A stretch of 64,000 bases of DNA from Octopus bimaculoides (Eukaryota). The position numbers and the translations under genes were made by a program. Positions 11,101-24,321 of this stretch are shown here, in pieces. The notes under the pieces were generated by a model. The model had not been told where the DNA came from, ran no database searches, and saw only the letters and a program-made list of their open reading frames with translations. The stretch lies in NCBI RefSeq assembly GCF_001194135.2, contig NC_068990.1, forward strand, positions 7,109,247 to 7,173,246, given 5' to 3'. Numbering within the stretch: position 1 is the first letter of the stretch; each line of letters begins with the position of its first letter.

Positions 11101-14100
11101 TTCTGTAATTTATATATCATCATCATCATCATCGTCATTGTCGTCATCATTTAACATCAGCTGTCTGTGCTGGCATGGGTTGGGTGGTGTGACCAGAACA
11201 GGCAAGCTGGGGAGCTGCACCAGACTCCAGTCTGATTTGGCTTTGTGTCTATGGCTAGATGCCCTTCCTTATGCCAACCACTTTACAGAGTGTACTGGGC
11301 ACTTTTATATGGCACCACATGGGCGCTTTTACATGGTATTGTATGGGTGCTTTTATGTGGCACCACATGGGCGCTTTACACCACCAGCAGGATATGTATC
11401 AATATATACGTATCTGTGTGTGTGCATGTGCACATGTGTGTACTATGCATGTGTGTGTGTGTGTGTGTGTATGTATGTGTGCATGGGTGCATGCACGTAC
11501 AAAAAGGAATACCTTGCAGTGTTTACGTCCTACAGAGGCATCTCTTTGAAGCCTCTCCAGCTTGATCATTGAAGCAAAGCATAATCTTGTGGCAATGAAA
11601 GCTTATGAATACAGTATATGTGCACCGGATTGCTTCGAAGAGAATCTAATCTATCTGTTACAGAAGTAGTTGGAAGTACAGAGTAATTTCAAATGAAGGT
11701 GCCTGATGGTTGCAAGTTAGCATGTATTGGCAATTAGTTGTAGTTTCTGACAATCTCTAGCAAGGCTGTCGTAAGGATCAGCATGCTTAATAAGTACAAC
11801 ATAGAGTTGTCTATGGATGACAGGAATGGAATTTCAACCATGTTTCGTGGTCTGCTACCACAACAGCTCCTTTATAGGATCCAGTTAGCTCAAGACATCA
11901 TCAGGAGGAACCACGTCCAGTTTCGGCCCCTACTCCTCTACCGTTTTGACGTGGCGGGGCCACCCCCTTTCGGAGGTGTCTTCAGCTCTAGTGTTGGGTG
12001 CATGTCTTCTTTCACTGTTTGTGACTGTTCTAATTCAACTGTGGAATGTCCCTCGCTATGGTTATTTTCCAGGAAGTTCTGGCCACACGTCTTACGGTTC
12101 ATCAACCCGCGTTGTCGAATTACTTTCTTCCGACATACATTCCCTTGGTAGATTAGGATCCAGTTAGCTGAAGACATCATCAGGAGGAACCACATCCGGT
12201 TTCGGCCCCTACTCCTCTACCGTTTTGACGTGGCGGGGGCCCCTCCTTTCGGAGGTGTCTTCAGCTCTAGTGTTGGGTGCATGTCTTCTTTCTTCTATTC
12301 CCTGGCCTCTTCGATGCAGCATCAAAAATTAAATTTGGAGTATGTCACCATATTAAAAAAAAACCCCAAAAAATTGTCATGTTAACATTTATCCTGACAT
12401 CATCATAATATGACTAAATTGTTATTTACTTTCATCATTTATAAGATCAAAAAATTTCTATTCTACTGGACAATGTATCTTATTAAAAATGTGTTTCTGG
12501 ACTAAGGTTGTAAGAAAATGTGAGGTCACAACAATTACTGAATTATGGTTACTGAATTTGAACACAAACTCTGTTATACCTGTATTTTCAAATAGTTTTG
12601 GACACCAAACCTATAATTTGTTGTGTATTTCAGAAATATCAACAGTTTTGTTTTTTATGTAAATAATTTTAGGATTATATTATAGACTTCCAAATATTAT
12701 TTATATTTTTCTCACTGACATCATCATCATCTTTAAATATCCTTCTTCCAAGTTGGACAATTTGACAGGGTTCCATGCATCCAAGAATTGCATGGTGCAA
12801 CAGTTATATGTATATCTTTGCAGGCAGTAATTCTTATTGTCATAGCAACTAACCCTTAGCAGTTTCCTGTCTTTTTCTACATGTAATGCATATATATATA
12901 TACACATACATATTCTGGTACACATCATAATTGCATATAATAATTCGTCTGATTTGCTTTTAATGTTTGTCAAAGCTTTGGTTTTTCAGTTTCTATTATT
13001 AATAAATCACTTTTCTTTTATAATCAGAGTAACCTTGATAATTTGTATCATTTTCTTCTGATTCTGAAACATTATTCCACTAACACATAATCCATTAGTC
13101 AAATACATTATCTTTGTGACAATTACATATTATTTAAAAGAAGTGAAAATAAATACTGGAAGGATTAGAAAGGTATTAAATGTCAAGTAATATTCATAGA
13201 CAGATCCTCAGCTTTGAAAACATTAGCTACATTAAGGAATGAATTCAAGTAAATATGTTAAGCTGTTTATCTGCTTGTGAGATATGTAATCTCCTTGAAC
13301 AGATTATAATGTAATTTAGAAGAAAATGTGCATGTAGAAGTTGAATAACTAAATGGACAAATCATTGGGATATAAGACATTGGTAAAATTTATAGTAGGT
13401 TTTTGGAATTGAGAAGTAGAGCTTACTTCAGTTATCTAGGAAATTCAAATGAGCATGAATTCAAAAAGATATCAGCATAAATATTTACAATATTTAAAAA
13501 TACACTGGGAAAAACGTAATTTTTATTTTTGCCATACATTTCAATTTAGCTATAATTCAAAAACAAAAATTATAAATCTAGCCAGAAAGCTAACAAAATA
13601 TTTGAAACAAAAACTTCATAAAACTTTTATAGCATTAATATGTTGATATTCAGAGCTTGTTTCATTGTGCTCTTTATATTTTTAGCACCCGGATGGACAG
13701 AGGATAATGGCTAATTACAGAAAGTTATCAAAATGTTTGCAGACTTATGAGGTGAGTTAATGAGAAATATGTCTAATGAGCAATGTTCAGCAAAAATAAA
13801 AATAAAAATGAGAACATTTGAGTCAAAGTACCATGTAATTTTAGTGATGTTATTGTTTTATTCTTTCCGTATCTTCAAAATATATAAAATGGTGATGGTG
13901 TTGATGATTCATTATTTTATGTAGTCATAAATACTAAATTGACAAAAATATCTTGATACATTACTACAAAATATCATCGTGGTACTCCATCGGTTGCAAT
14001 GATGAGGGTTCCAGTTGATCCAATCAATGGAACAGCCTGCTTGGGAAATTAACGTGCAAGTGGCTGAGCACTCCACAGACAAGTGTACCTGTAATGCAAT

Positions 14101-17100
14101 TCTCTGGGAGATTCACCATGACACACAGTGTGAAAGGGCTGGCCCTTTGAAATACAGGTACAACAGAAACAGGAAGAAAGAGTGAGAGAAAGTTGTGGTG
14201 AAAGAGTACAACAGGGTTCGCTGCCACCCCCTGCCAGAGCCTCATGGAGCTTTAGGTGTTTTCGCTCAATAAACACTCACAACGCCCGCTCTGGGAATCG
14301 AAATCACGACCCTACGACTGCGAGTCCACTGCCCTAACCACTGGAACATTGCGCCTCCACACTACAAAATATATAAATTACAAAATGCAAAGCAACATAA
14401 TATATATGCAGATCAAACATAAAACATACAACTAAACACAGAAGTGATCACAAAGGAATGAAACTGAAGGACTTAATACTATTATAACTGTACAGTTCTT
14501 TTGTCAACATTTCTGAAAGCTCTACATTTGGCACTATTTCTATTCCATGCAAAGATATATTAAGAATACTAGCATCCTTAGATGGTCCAATTTTATTTAA
14601 AATATTACATGATTATTTATGTCTTCTTTTTAAGCTTTGCTATTATCAAAGCTGGTTTAAAGCTGTGGTGAATATTAAAAGAAATCTACATATTCCACTT
14701 CTAATGTACTCTCCTGCAAATGATGAACTGTTTGTAAATTTTGATATACAAATTTTTGATGCTATACTGGAAACAAAATGGATCATGTATTTAGGACTAA
14801 ATGTTCCGGAGAAAGCCACAGATATGGTTGAGAAAGAAAGTTCACTCAAAATCCTGTTACCTTGGTATGTGATTATTTTATATTTATTAGTTTCCTTAGC
14901 TTGAACTACTTAATTTATCCAGTGTCTGTTAACTTTAGTTTTGAATGAGTTCTTGGTTTATGAGTTGGAAATTTCAGGAGCTGACTACAGAGAAAGCTTG
15001 CTTTGTAAGTTTGTGTATCACTACTTCAATGATTATTGTGATGTATTGCAGTTCATTTAGTTATTTTAAAATAAATATTTGAATAGATATTTGAAATAAA
15101 TAAATATTTGAAAAGCAAATTCATAAAATCCTTTTAATTTCTTGCTGAAACTATTTCACACCTCTTAAATCATAAATGCTAATGAGAAGTGCAAGAAAAT
15201 CTCATCACCCCAATGCCTCTTTCTGATTTAATTATAAGGTGCATTACTAAAAAGAAACAAAATATTCCTTTGTATTAAGGGAATATTATAGAAATATTAA
15301 GATTTTGTTGAAAAGAAATTTAAGGGTTACTTTAAGTATATGTTTACCTCTTGTTTATGTCAGTGCAGCAGAGCTATATGCCTGTATAAGAGTTTTATGA
15401 ATGTCTTCTGTCCTGTGTGAATTGCTTATCACAATAATCCAAAGCATCTGTGTCAGAGAAATATCTTTTTTGTTAAGTTGAAGAAGCCTTACTAAAGATT
15501 TCTTCCACATGAAATGATTCAAGGGTGGGAAAACTGGTACACATTTCAATTATTCTTCAAACGCAAGAATAATTTAATCTGATCACCTCATAATTATGAA
15601 ATATTCATTAAGTATTTATGAATCCTATGACTTAAAATGCAGCATTTTATTTCAATATTGAACCAATTTCCAATTAGGTAAACTCCATTTGTTGACATGA
15701 ACCATACCTTTTCAAGCCTCAAATGATATGCACCATTAAAATTTCAGTTAATATCCTATCAACTGAGTCAGTTTTTTTCTTAACACAAAAATGCAGAGCA
15801 ACATAGTTAAAAGAAAAATTTCATTTCAATAAACAAATTACTTGTTTTTATTAGTGTCTGTCAAGATAATTGTTTTATGGAAATTATCTCATTATTCAAT
15901 TACTTTTTGATTTGTTATAAAAGCAGGAAGTTATAAAACATGCACTAGCAGCAGTCAGTGTTTTTAATAATCTATTTTCGTTTTTTTTAATTCTATATCT
16001 CAGTACTTTTATTTTTCATCTAATTTACCAAACTTTGTGTATGGAAGATGCAACAAGACAAGTCATCACATTATTAGCACTGTCCTATTTTGCAGAAAAA
16101 ACATTAGCTCTGTTTTACCTAGTCTACCATGTTGTTGTAAAAGAATGATTGCTCTAAGCAAGCACTATTTTGCAATATTTGAGCAAATTGAGCAGATGTA
16201 AATAATTTTTATTATCCTAAATATGTCAAAATATGCATGATTAAAAACTCCTCTCAGTGTAATAAAAATGATAAATTAATATATTTTATACAGAAGCCAT
16301 GGAAAATCTTTTGTTTCTGTATGTAGATGTATAGACCAATTAAATGTTTTGTATTTTATAGTGTTATTCATAGTAATTTAAGAACAAAAAGATTACACAA
16401 GTCTGCTTTTTTTAAATGAAATAAATGATGATTGTCTGCTTATGGGTGATTTTGAACCATTTTTTAATGTTGATTTCAAATATGTTTTTAGATTTTACCT
16501 ATCATGTACAGATTTTGCACAAATGTCTGCCAAAGGTATGATGATTTTTCTTATCATTCATTCCCTTTTGTGGCAGACTTTTAGATAAAGGTGTGATGGA
16601 ATTAAGAACAAATCGCTAGAACAATAATAAAAAAGATATGAATAGTATGTAGGTCTACATATTGACTAGATATATATATTTTAATGCACTTACCATGGCT
16701 TTAAAGTAATTTGACTCCTTTTCAAACTTCTTTTTCTTTGATTTCCTTCCAAATTTTGGTAGTTGCTTGCAATCTCTCTTTAGGGTCCAGCAGTAATCCT
16801 CCATCATGTTTACATTCCACCCCACTAATACCTCTGCTCCATTTCTTTAATGTCCAGGTGAAATCTCTCACCATGCTCTTCATTTACATTGCCAAGGTAC
16901 TCTGGGAAATAGTCAAGATCTGAGTGAAGAAAGTGCAGTTTAACATTAATGTTGCACCCAAGATTTTTGAAGTTTTGCAACATGGTATCAACTATGACTT
17001 TGTAAAGGTGGTGAGCTGGCAGAATCGTTAGCACGCAGGGCGAAATGCTTAGCGATGTTTCGTCTGCCGTTACGTTCTGAGTTCAAATTCCGCCGAGGTC

Positions 17101-20100
17101 GACTTTGCCTTTCATCCTTTCAGGGTCGATGAATTAAGTACCAGTTATGCACTGGGGTCAATATAATCGACTTAATCCATTTGTCTGTCCTTGTTTGTCC
17201 TCTATCTGTGTAGCCCCTTGTGGGCAGTAAAGAAATAGGTATCAACTATGACATTGTAATTTGAATACTTACTGTTTCCCAAAAAGTTCTCGACAACACA
17301 CTTGAAGCTCACCCATGCATGTTTTTGAGATTCATTCATGGATTTCTCATAGTCTGGACAAACTCCTGCTTTAATATTCTCACTGGTTATATTTGGGAAT
17401 ATTTTTTAAAGATACTGCAAACATAGTCCTTCTGCAGACAAAGATTTAAGAAACTGTTTCATCAAACCAAGTTTAACGTACAAAAGTGGTAGCAGTACTT
17501 TTGTAGGTTCAATCAAGGGCTTATGCAGAATGCTTTTGGATCCATGTAACAAACTTCTCCTTTGTGGTCAGTTGTTAACCATCCAGGGCTTTTCTTTAGC
17601 TCTGCTGTCCCATTCACATAAAAAACATGGCATTTTTATGGAGCCTGCCTGCTGGTCTAAAAGCATGCCTATAATTTTGAAATTTCTACACACTTGCCAG
17701 TGGTATTCTGCATACTTTATATTTAACAAAAGTTCTTTTACATTTTCTTGTTTCCTTAAGTTATACAGAATGTGCCACTGGAATGGATGAATACTTATTT
17801 CCATTGTGTAGCAAGACAGCCTTCAAACTCCTTTTGGAGGAATCAATGAATAGCCTCCATTCTGAGGGATTGCTCTTGATCTCAAAATAGTTTAGCAAGT
17901 TTGAAATATTATAGCAAAACACCACTGATTCATCTTCAGCAAAGAATGGTAACAGCTTGCGTTCTCTATGATGGTGCCAAGAGAAGGTTCCCATTAACAA
18001 AAGCTTTTTCATGTTTAGCCTAAAACTAAGAAGTTCCACTGCATTCTTTGGTAGGTTCAAATCTTTCACCAAATCATTGAGCTTTTCCTGTGTAAATAAC
18101 TGTGGACTTTCGATTTTGTCAGCAATGTAGTCATCATCTTCTTCGCATTTGTCGTCTTCATCACTATCTGATGTACCATTCTTCAAAGCAAGTGGGGAGG
18201 GAGAGGAACTGGCGTGTCAACCTCATGTGCAATAGGTTGTATAACTGAGGGAATACTATGATACACTATCTTATGTTTATTTTTTGTACTATACCCATCA
18301 ACTTTAGTAATGCAGGAATACTAATTGTCAGCATGGTTACTTGGCTCTCGCCACAGCATTGGTATTCCAAGGGCATTTCATTCTTCTTATCAACTTCCCA
18401 GAGTCTCAGCCGTCCCACACAAATGTGACATACCTTGTGTGGAGCCCAAGGTTTGTCTTCATCACCGAGTTTAACACCAAAATAAGTGAAGTATAGATCT
18501 TTTTACAAGATCATATTTTGTATCTGATTAATGACAGCATATTTGCCACAAATGTAGCAGAATATGTCTGGATTGTTCACATACTTACATCTATATGTAT
18601 TCATTTTAAGTGGAGTTTATAAGTAAATAGCACCAAGAACTAATCTCTGGAACAAATAATTACAACACTAAAGCATCAGTTAGCAATTGTGTACACAGCT
18701 TTTGAAGGTCACGTCACTTGTCAGAGTTGCCAAAAACTGTTTAATAAGCTTATATTGGCTGCTATTTTACTTTTACTGATATCAGGTCAGCATTGGTTTA
18801 TAGCAATCTATTTTGTTGTGCAAAATAAATCAGATAATCACTGTCATCTGGTTCTCTGATACCATAATACAATGTTTTATCACAGAAAAACTAGATGTGG
18901 TGGAGAAAAACTAATAACAGATCTGAAATCAACATAAAAACTGCTTAAAACTTATGTAGACATTTAAACATCAAAATCATGCAGACTTGGTCAAGTATTC
19001 GATCTTTGCTTTGTCAGATGGACTATATTTAAGTAGATATTATGGATGAAGCTAATTTAGAAAAGCAAAACCTTTGTTGTTCTGTTGAAATAGATTGATA
19101 TTTTTACATAGTCATGAAAATTATGAGCTATGAAAATAATTTAATGCTATAACACAGATGAACTAAAACACAGATTCAATGCTAAAATGTTTCAATACTC
19201 TGAAACATTGAACACACAAGAATATAGGTACCCAAAGCTAATAGAGTTGTAATCCTAGAGTCTGAACCTGTGCAAGACCTGGAAATTATGATGAGAATTA
19301 AAACATGTAATTTCAAGCCTATTGTTAAGATGGAAACAACGTGCAGACATCTGGCAAGATGGAGTTGGAGAATATTTTGTGAAAGACAACCAAAATGTTA
19401 TGGTGATCTTGTGGATAAAAACTTCTGGGTCACTTTGATTATATATCAATTTCTCTACTAAATTGGAAGAATAGTTCTACAAAGATTGCTTTTACGAAGC
19501 AACTAAACTGCTGGGAAACATTAGAAAGTTTAGACTATATTCCCTGGAATGACAAAAAAACAAAAAACAAAAAAAAACAGGAAAATATGAACTAATTCAT
19601 AACAGGAGGGACAGGTACCAAATTTGGTCACTGAAATAGCTAATTCTAAATTGAGCATCATTTCAGTGCTAAGGGTTCGCTTTTTCCATTCCAAATATAA
19701 CAATAGCATCAATAACCTCCCACAAAATATAAGGAATCTTCGAACAGCACTTGGATATTCTACAGCACAAGATCTTAGATAACCCTACACTATAACAAAG
19801 AAACAACAAACTCTTGCACCCTTCAAATTCCAAACACAAAATGAAGATGGAAGAAGTATTTATGGCAGTGTCCTAGCAAGATAACAATTAACTTGTTGAA
19901 ATCAGAAATAGCAGACAAACAAAACAACATTTGAGAGTTTAAATGTACAAGATTTGAGATGCTATAACAATTATATCATATTAAAGAGTATTAGCAATTT
20001 AAATCATGAGAAATTGTGGCAGCTATAGATAATAACTTCTTTGGCAATTTCTGTTGGATAAAATATATGATAATTATATAAGATTGTTCTTTCAGAATTC

Positions 20101-20215
20101 TTTACAATTTAGCAATGAAGTTGTTGAAAGGCTACTGCTTTGACTTGGAGGCAAAGTGATGCGTGAGACGAAAGTAATATTTCAAATTATAAATATATTA
20201 AAACATTTCTGATAA

Positions 20216-20256
<41 letters not shown>

Positions 20257-23200
20257 GATGAAAGAATACAAAATTTAGTGGGAAAATAGTAATATCTGTA
20301 CTATGAAGGTATTTCCACCAATCTGAAGTAGAAACAAGATGGCACTAACTTTTCTTTTAAAAATTACTTGGAACATTTTAACTGATTTAAAGCAATACAT
20401 ATATATATATTTACTTCATTTTCTATATTATCTTTTGTAAAATATATTTGCCAACTAAATGTGGTGGTCTTATAGAGGACGGTGCTACTGTTGTTTTTAG
20501 CCCCAGGAAGACATCTCCTCCAACTGGTTACCCGTCTTCAGTGTGTGTTAATCACTAGCTAGTGATGAAGAACTCATTCCACTTGCAAAATACTGTTTCC
20601 TTTTTCTAGCGACACACTGTCGCTGATCTCGTAAAAGAGTGAGATAAGTTATATTAAATCTCTGAGCGAGAGATAAGCAGTAACAGTACGGAATCGTAAA
20701 ATATATTTGCCAACTAAGTGTGACGGTCCTACAGAGGATGGTGTTACTGTCCCCAAGGAGACATCTCCCCCAGCTGGCCAATGACACGTCCCTCTACAAG
20801 ATAGTTGGCAAATATATTTTACGATTCCGTACTGTTACTGTTTATCTCTCGCTCAGAGATTTAATATATCATCCTTACTTACCACCAAAAGGTAAAATTA
20901 AAGGAAAATATGAATATTAGTCACTTCATAACTTGGAAATATTTTCCTTATGTTGTATTATATATTTCTATAAAGGAGTGGAATTGATGCTTGTGTGATA
21001 TTAACAGATGAATTAAACAACAAGGAGTTTACCCATTGACCCAAAATACATATCTTAATTATTCATTTTCTTCAAACCCACTAATTCTAATCATCTCAGT
21101 ATCTCTGAGTGAAATGTCGGTGATCAGGATAAAACAACTCATTGATTTTTATGTTGAATGTTTACCAAAGAAGATGTTATTAGTTATATTCATTTAGGTG
21201 TCTCTTAATTAACTACACATATCTATTTCTTTTACCATATAATTCATTTCTTATGTCACATGTCAGGAAAGATGTTAAATCATGGCCAAGCTCGTAGGTA
21301 GATTAGAAACCATACTGCAGACTTGACTTATCAAAAGTTTACCATTAATCTGTGATACTTTGTAGAAGTTTATGAAAATAGAAAAATAATACATTTTGTG
21401 TAAAAACCAATCGTTTTCTGGATATTTTCCTATGCTTGTTCTTCATCCCAATAATTCATTAACGTCATCTTCTTTTTATTTTTTGTTTGAAGGTTTCAAG
21501 ATGTGCTAAATGAATTCAAACATATCAAAGCAAAGATTCCATCCTTGCTGATACCAGTGATGGGTCCATACTATTCTGACATATATGATAGTTTTGAACC
21601 GGGTATCAAGTCCCTAACTTGGACATCTATTAATATTGACACATGTGAGTAATTCTAGTTTAATAAATAGTTCACTTGAAACAAAAAGGTTTGATCAGAG
21701 TTAATTTTATCTATTTTTTTTTCTTATTCCCTGGGGAACCCAGTTACTTTCACTATGTAGTCCAGTTAATACATACTTTCTGTAGAGCATGACAAGAGTA
21801 ATGAGATGATGGAATCTGTTTAGATGTTGCTAAATAATTTAGATATTGTTTATGAGAATCACTGTACAGAAAGTGGGAAGTATTGCAGCTTATCCCACTT
21901 TTGCATGTTAACTGATTGACAAAGATTTCTCCTTCTTGAAGAAAATATGTGTGGCTATGACAGAATTTAGGATTAGCTATTGAAATATTTGTTAGATATG
22001 TAGTACCTCTAATGCACCCAGTGAGGGAATGTACCTCAACTTAAAACTTATTTCATAATTAAGTTTACAGAGAGTCCATAACTAAATAGTCTGTCACTTG
22101 TCCAAACAACTTATTCAGTTACATTTCTCATTCCATAAGAATGAACAGTTAAATCAATTCTATCAGAAATCTAAGAGACTAATCAAAATCAAAGAGTCTT
22201 AACTTTCAGCCAATTATGACATAATTATAACTGTCTTTACCATTAAAAGTTGATGCTAAACCAAATTCTTCAAACAATTAAGATTTGATTTGAAATAGAC
22301 AAATTAAGTTAGTTGCTGTAGTTTTAAATGAAGGTTTGTTTGTTTGATTAGCAGTTTCAGTTTTTTTTTTTTTTTGATTGTAATATATAAAACAAAAACC
22401 TCAGCTTGTTTGAAATTTGTAAAGGATTTGCAGCTGTTCTTGAAGAAGGAAATATTATTTGCATTTATTAGGTAATTCTTATTTGGCTAGCATCCCCATG
22501 AGAGATTATCAAAAAGTTGGGATCTTTTTTAAAACGGGGACCACATTTTTCATTAACGAAACACTTTGAAACTTGGAACACTGGTAGAATGTGTCATATA
22601 AAACATCTTTTTCTCTTAGTCTTCTTAAAAAAAAAGAAATCCCTAAGTTATTCCATGTTAAAGTTGTCGTATTTCTGTAATTTCAACCAATCACTGACGT
22701 CCATTCAGCCGATATACATTAAGTGCTGACTACATAAACAAACGATTCTGAAACAATTCTATCGGTGATAGGGTTAGGGTTAGGGTTAGGGTTAGGGTAA
22801 AACAGCAAATTTAAAAAGAAAAAAAGAAAAACAAAGCTATGGAAATTAAATACGCTTTACACCGCTTAATCAGCCAAAGGAGTAACTATAAACAACTGAA
22901 TACTTGTCAGTGATTGGTTGAAATTATCGAAATAAGATGATATTTATTTGTATTTATACCATTTATTATAAGCTTCCTTAATGAAATATATTTTTGTCTC
23001 TTGATAAAAATATACTTATTAAGCTTAGTGAATTTGTTGGTGGTGATTCGACTAGCTATTCATTTGTTGTAACTATGATAAAACTGACATTACAATTAAG
23101 AATATCTTTATGTGCAGTTATTGTTTTAACGAGTTATTGATTCATTCAGCTTATTTATTTTAAATTTAGATATACTTTCTTAATTACTGTGTTATCTACC

Positions 23201-24078
23201 ATTTACTATCAAGATATTTATTTATATATTCAGTACATATCATCCACTCTCATTATATACAAATTTCTATGCAATTAGACAGAGATTTATAAGAAAGTAT
23301 CCAGATTAGATGTAAAAAAGAAAAATAGACATGTTACTCTAGTAAATAACATATTTCATGGCATTATATTTGAACCTCAGGCCCTTTGAAATAGTCTTTA
23401 CTTAGTAATCCACCTCATCTTCCATGCCTCAAATGTCACACAAAAAACTTCTTACTAAAGGCTATCCAATAATGCATGTGATTCCGTGTGAATTTTATCT
23501 ACCATCTTGAAGCAGTGCTCCTTTAGCTTCAGTTTCATTTTGATAAACATGACAAAGTTACAGGGGAATGGATCTGGCTTATATGGTGGGTGTGAATTGA
23601 TAGACTATGCAGCAATTAAGATCCATGTTTAGGTTTTCTATGAGAGTAAGATGGACTGGTTGGAGATGATTCTCATGGATTAGTTCATGAATTTTACCCC
23701 TATTTTCTGGTGTTTTTCTTGTGACTGGTTGTTTTAATGCTCATCATGTTAACTTAATGTTTGGCCAGACTTGAAATACATATGCCACTCAAAATACATG
23801 TATTGACCAAAGAATGTTCATGAAAATCCTTACAAAACTTTTTAAGGTTCTTCATAACAAGACTTTCTGAGCTTCATTCAAATTTGATACAGACATATTA
23901 GTTCAGATTATTTACATTATTTACATTCAACAGATATTTGTCCTCATCTTGTTTGTTGTTAACACAATGTTTTGGCTGATATACCCGCCAGCCTTCTTCA
24001 TGTGTCTTGGGAAATTTTGAACCTGGGTTCTCATTCCTAAGGTATTTTTGATGTTATTATTATTATTCATTATTATTA

Positions 24079-24132
<54 letters not shown>

Positions 24133-24284
24133 GTGTTCAGGTCACTGCTTGGAATCGAACCCGGAATCTTGGGGTTAGTAACCTGTGCTCTTAACCACTA
24201 CGCCATATACCCATGGGCATAGTGGTTAAGAGCATGGGCTACTAACCCAAGATTCCGGGTTCGATTCCAAGCAGTAACCTGAAC

Positions 24285-24321
<37 letters not shown>

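Noticed and set aside
11875-12292. LTR/TRIM or CRISPR-like interpretation of the direct repeats
   Set aside because: No TG...CA ends, PBS or PPT; only two 139-bp units in eukaryotic intronic context.
24214-24283. Possible functional tRNA gene (ACT anticodon loop)
   Set aside because: No closing acceptor stem, runs into (AAT)n, and is duplicated as part of a repeat; it is a SINE head.
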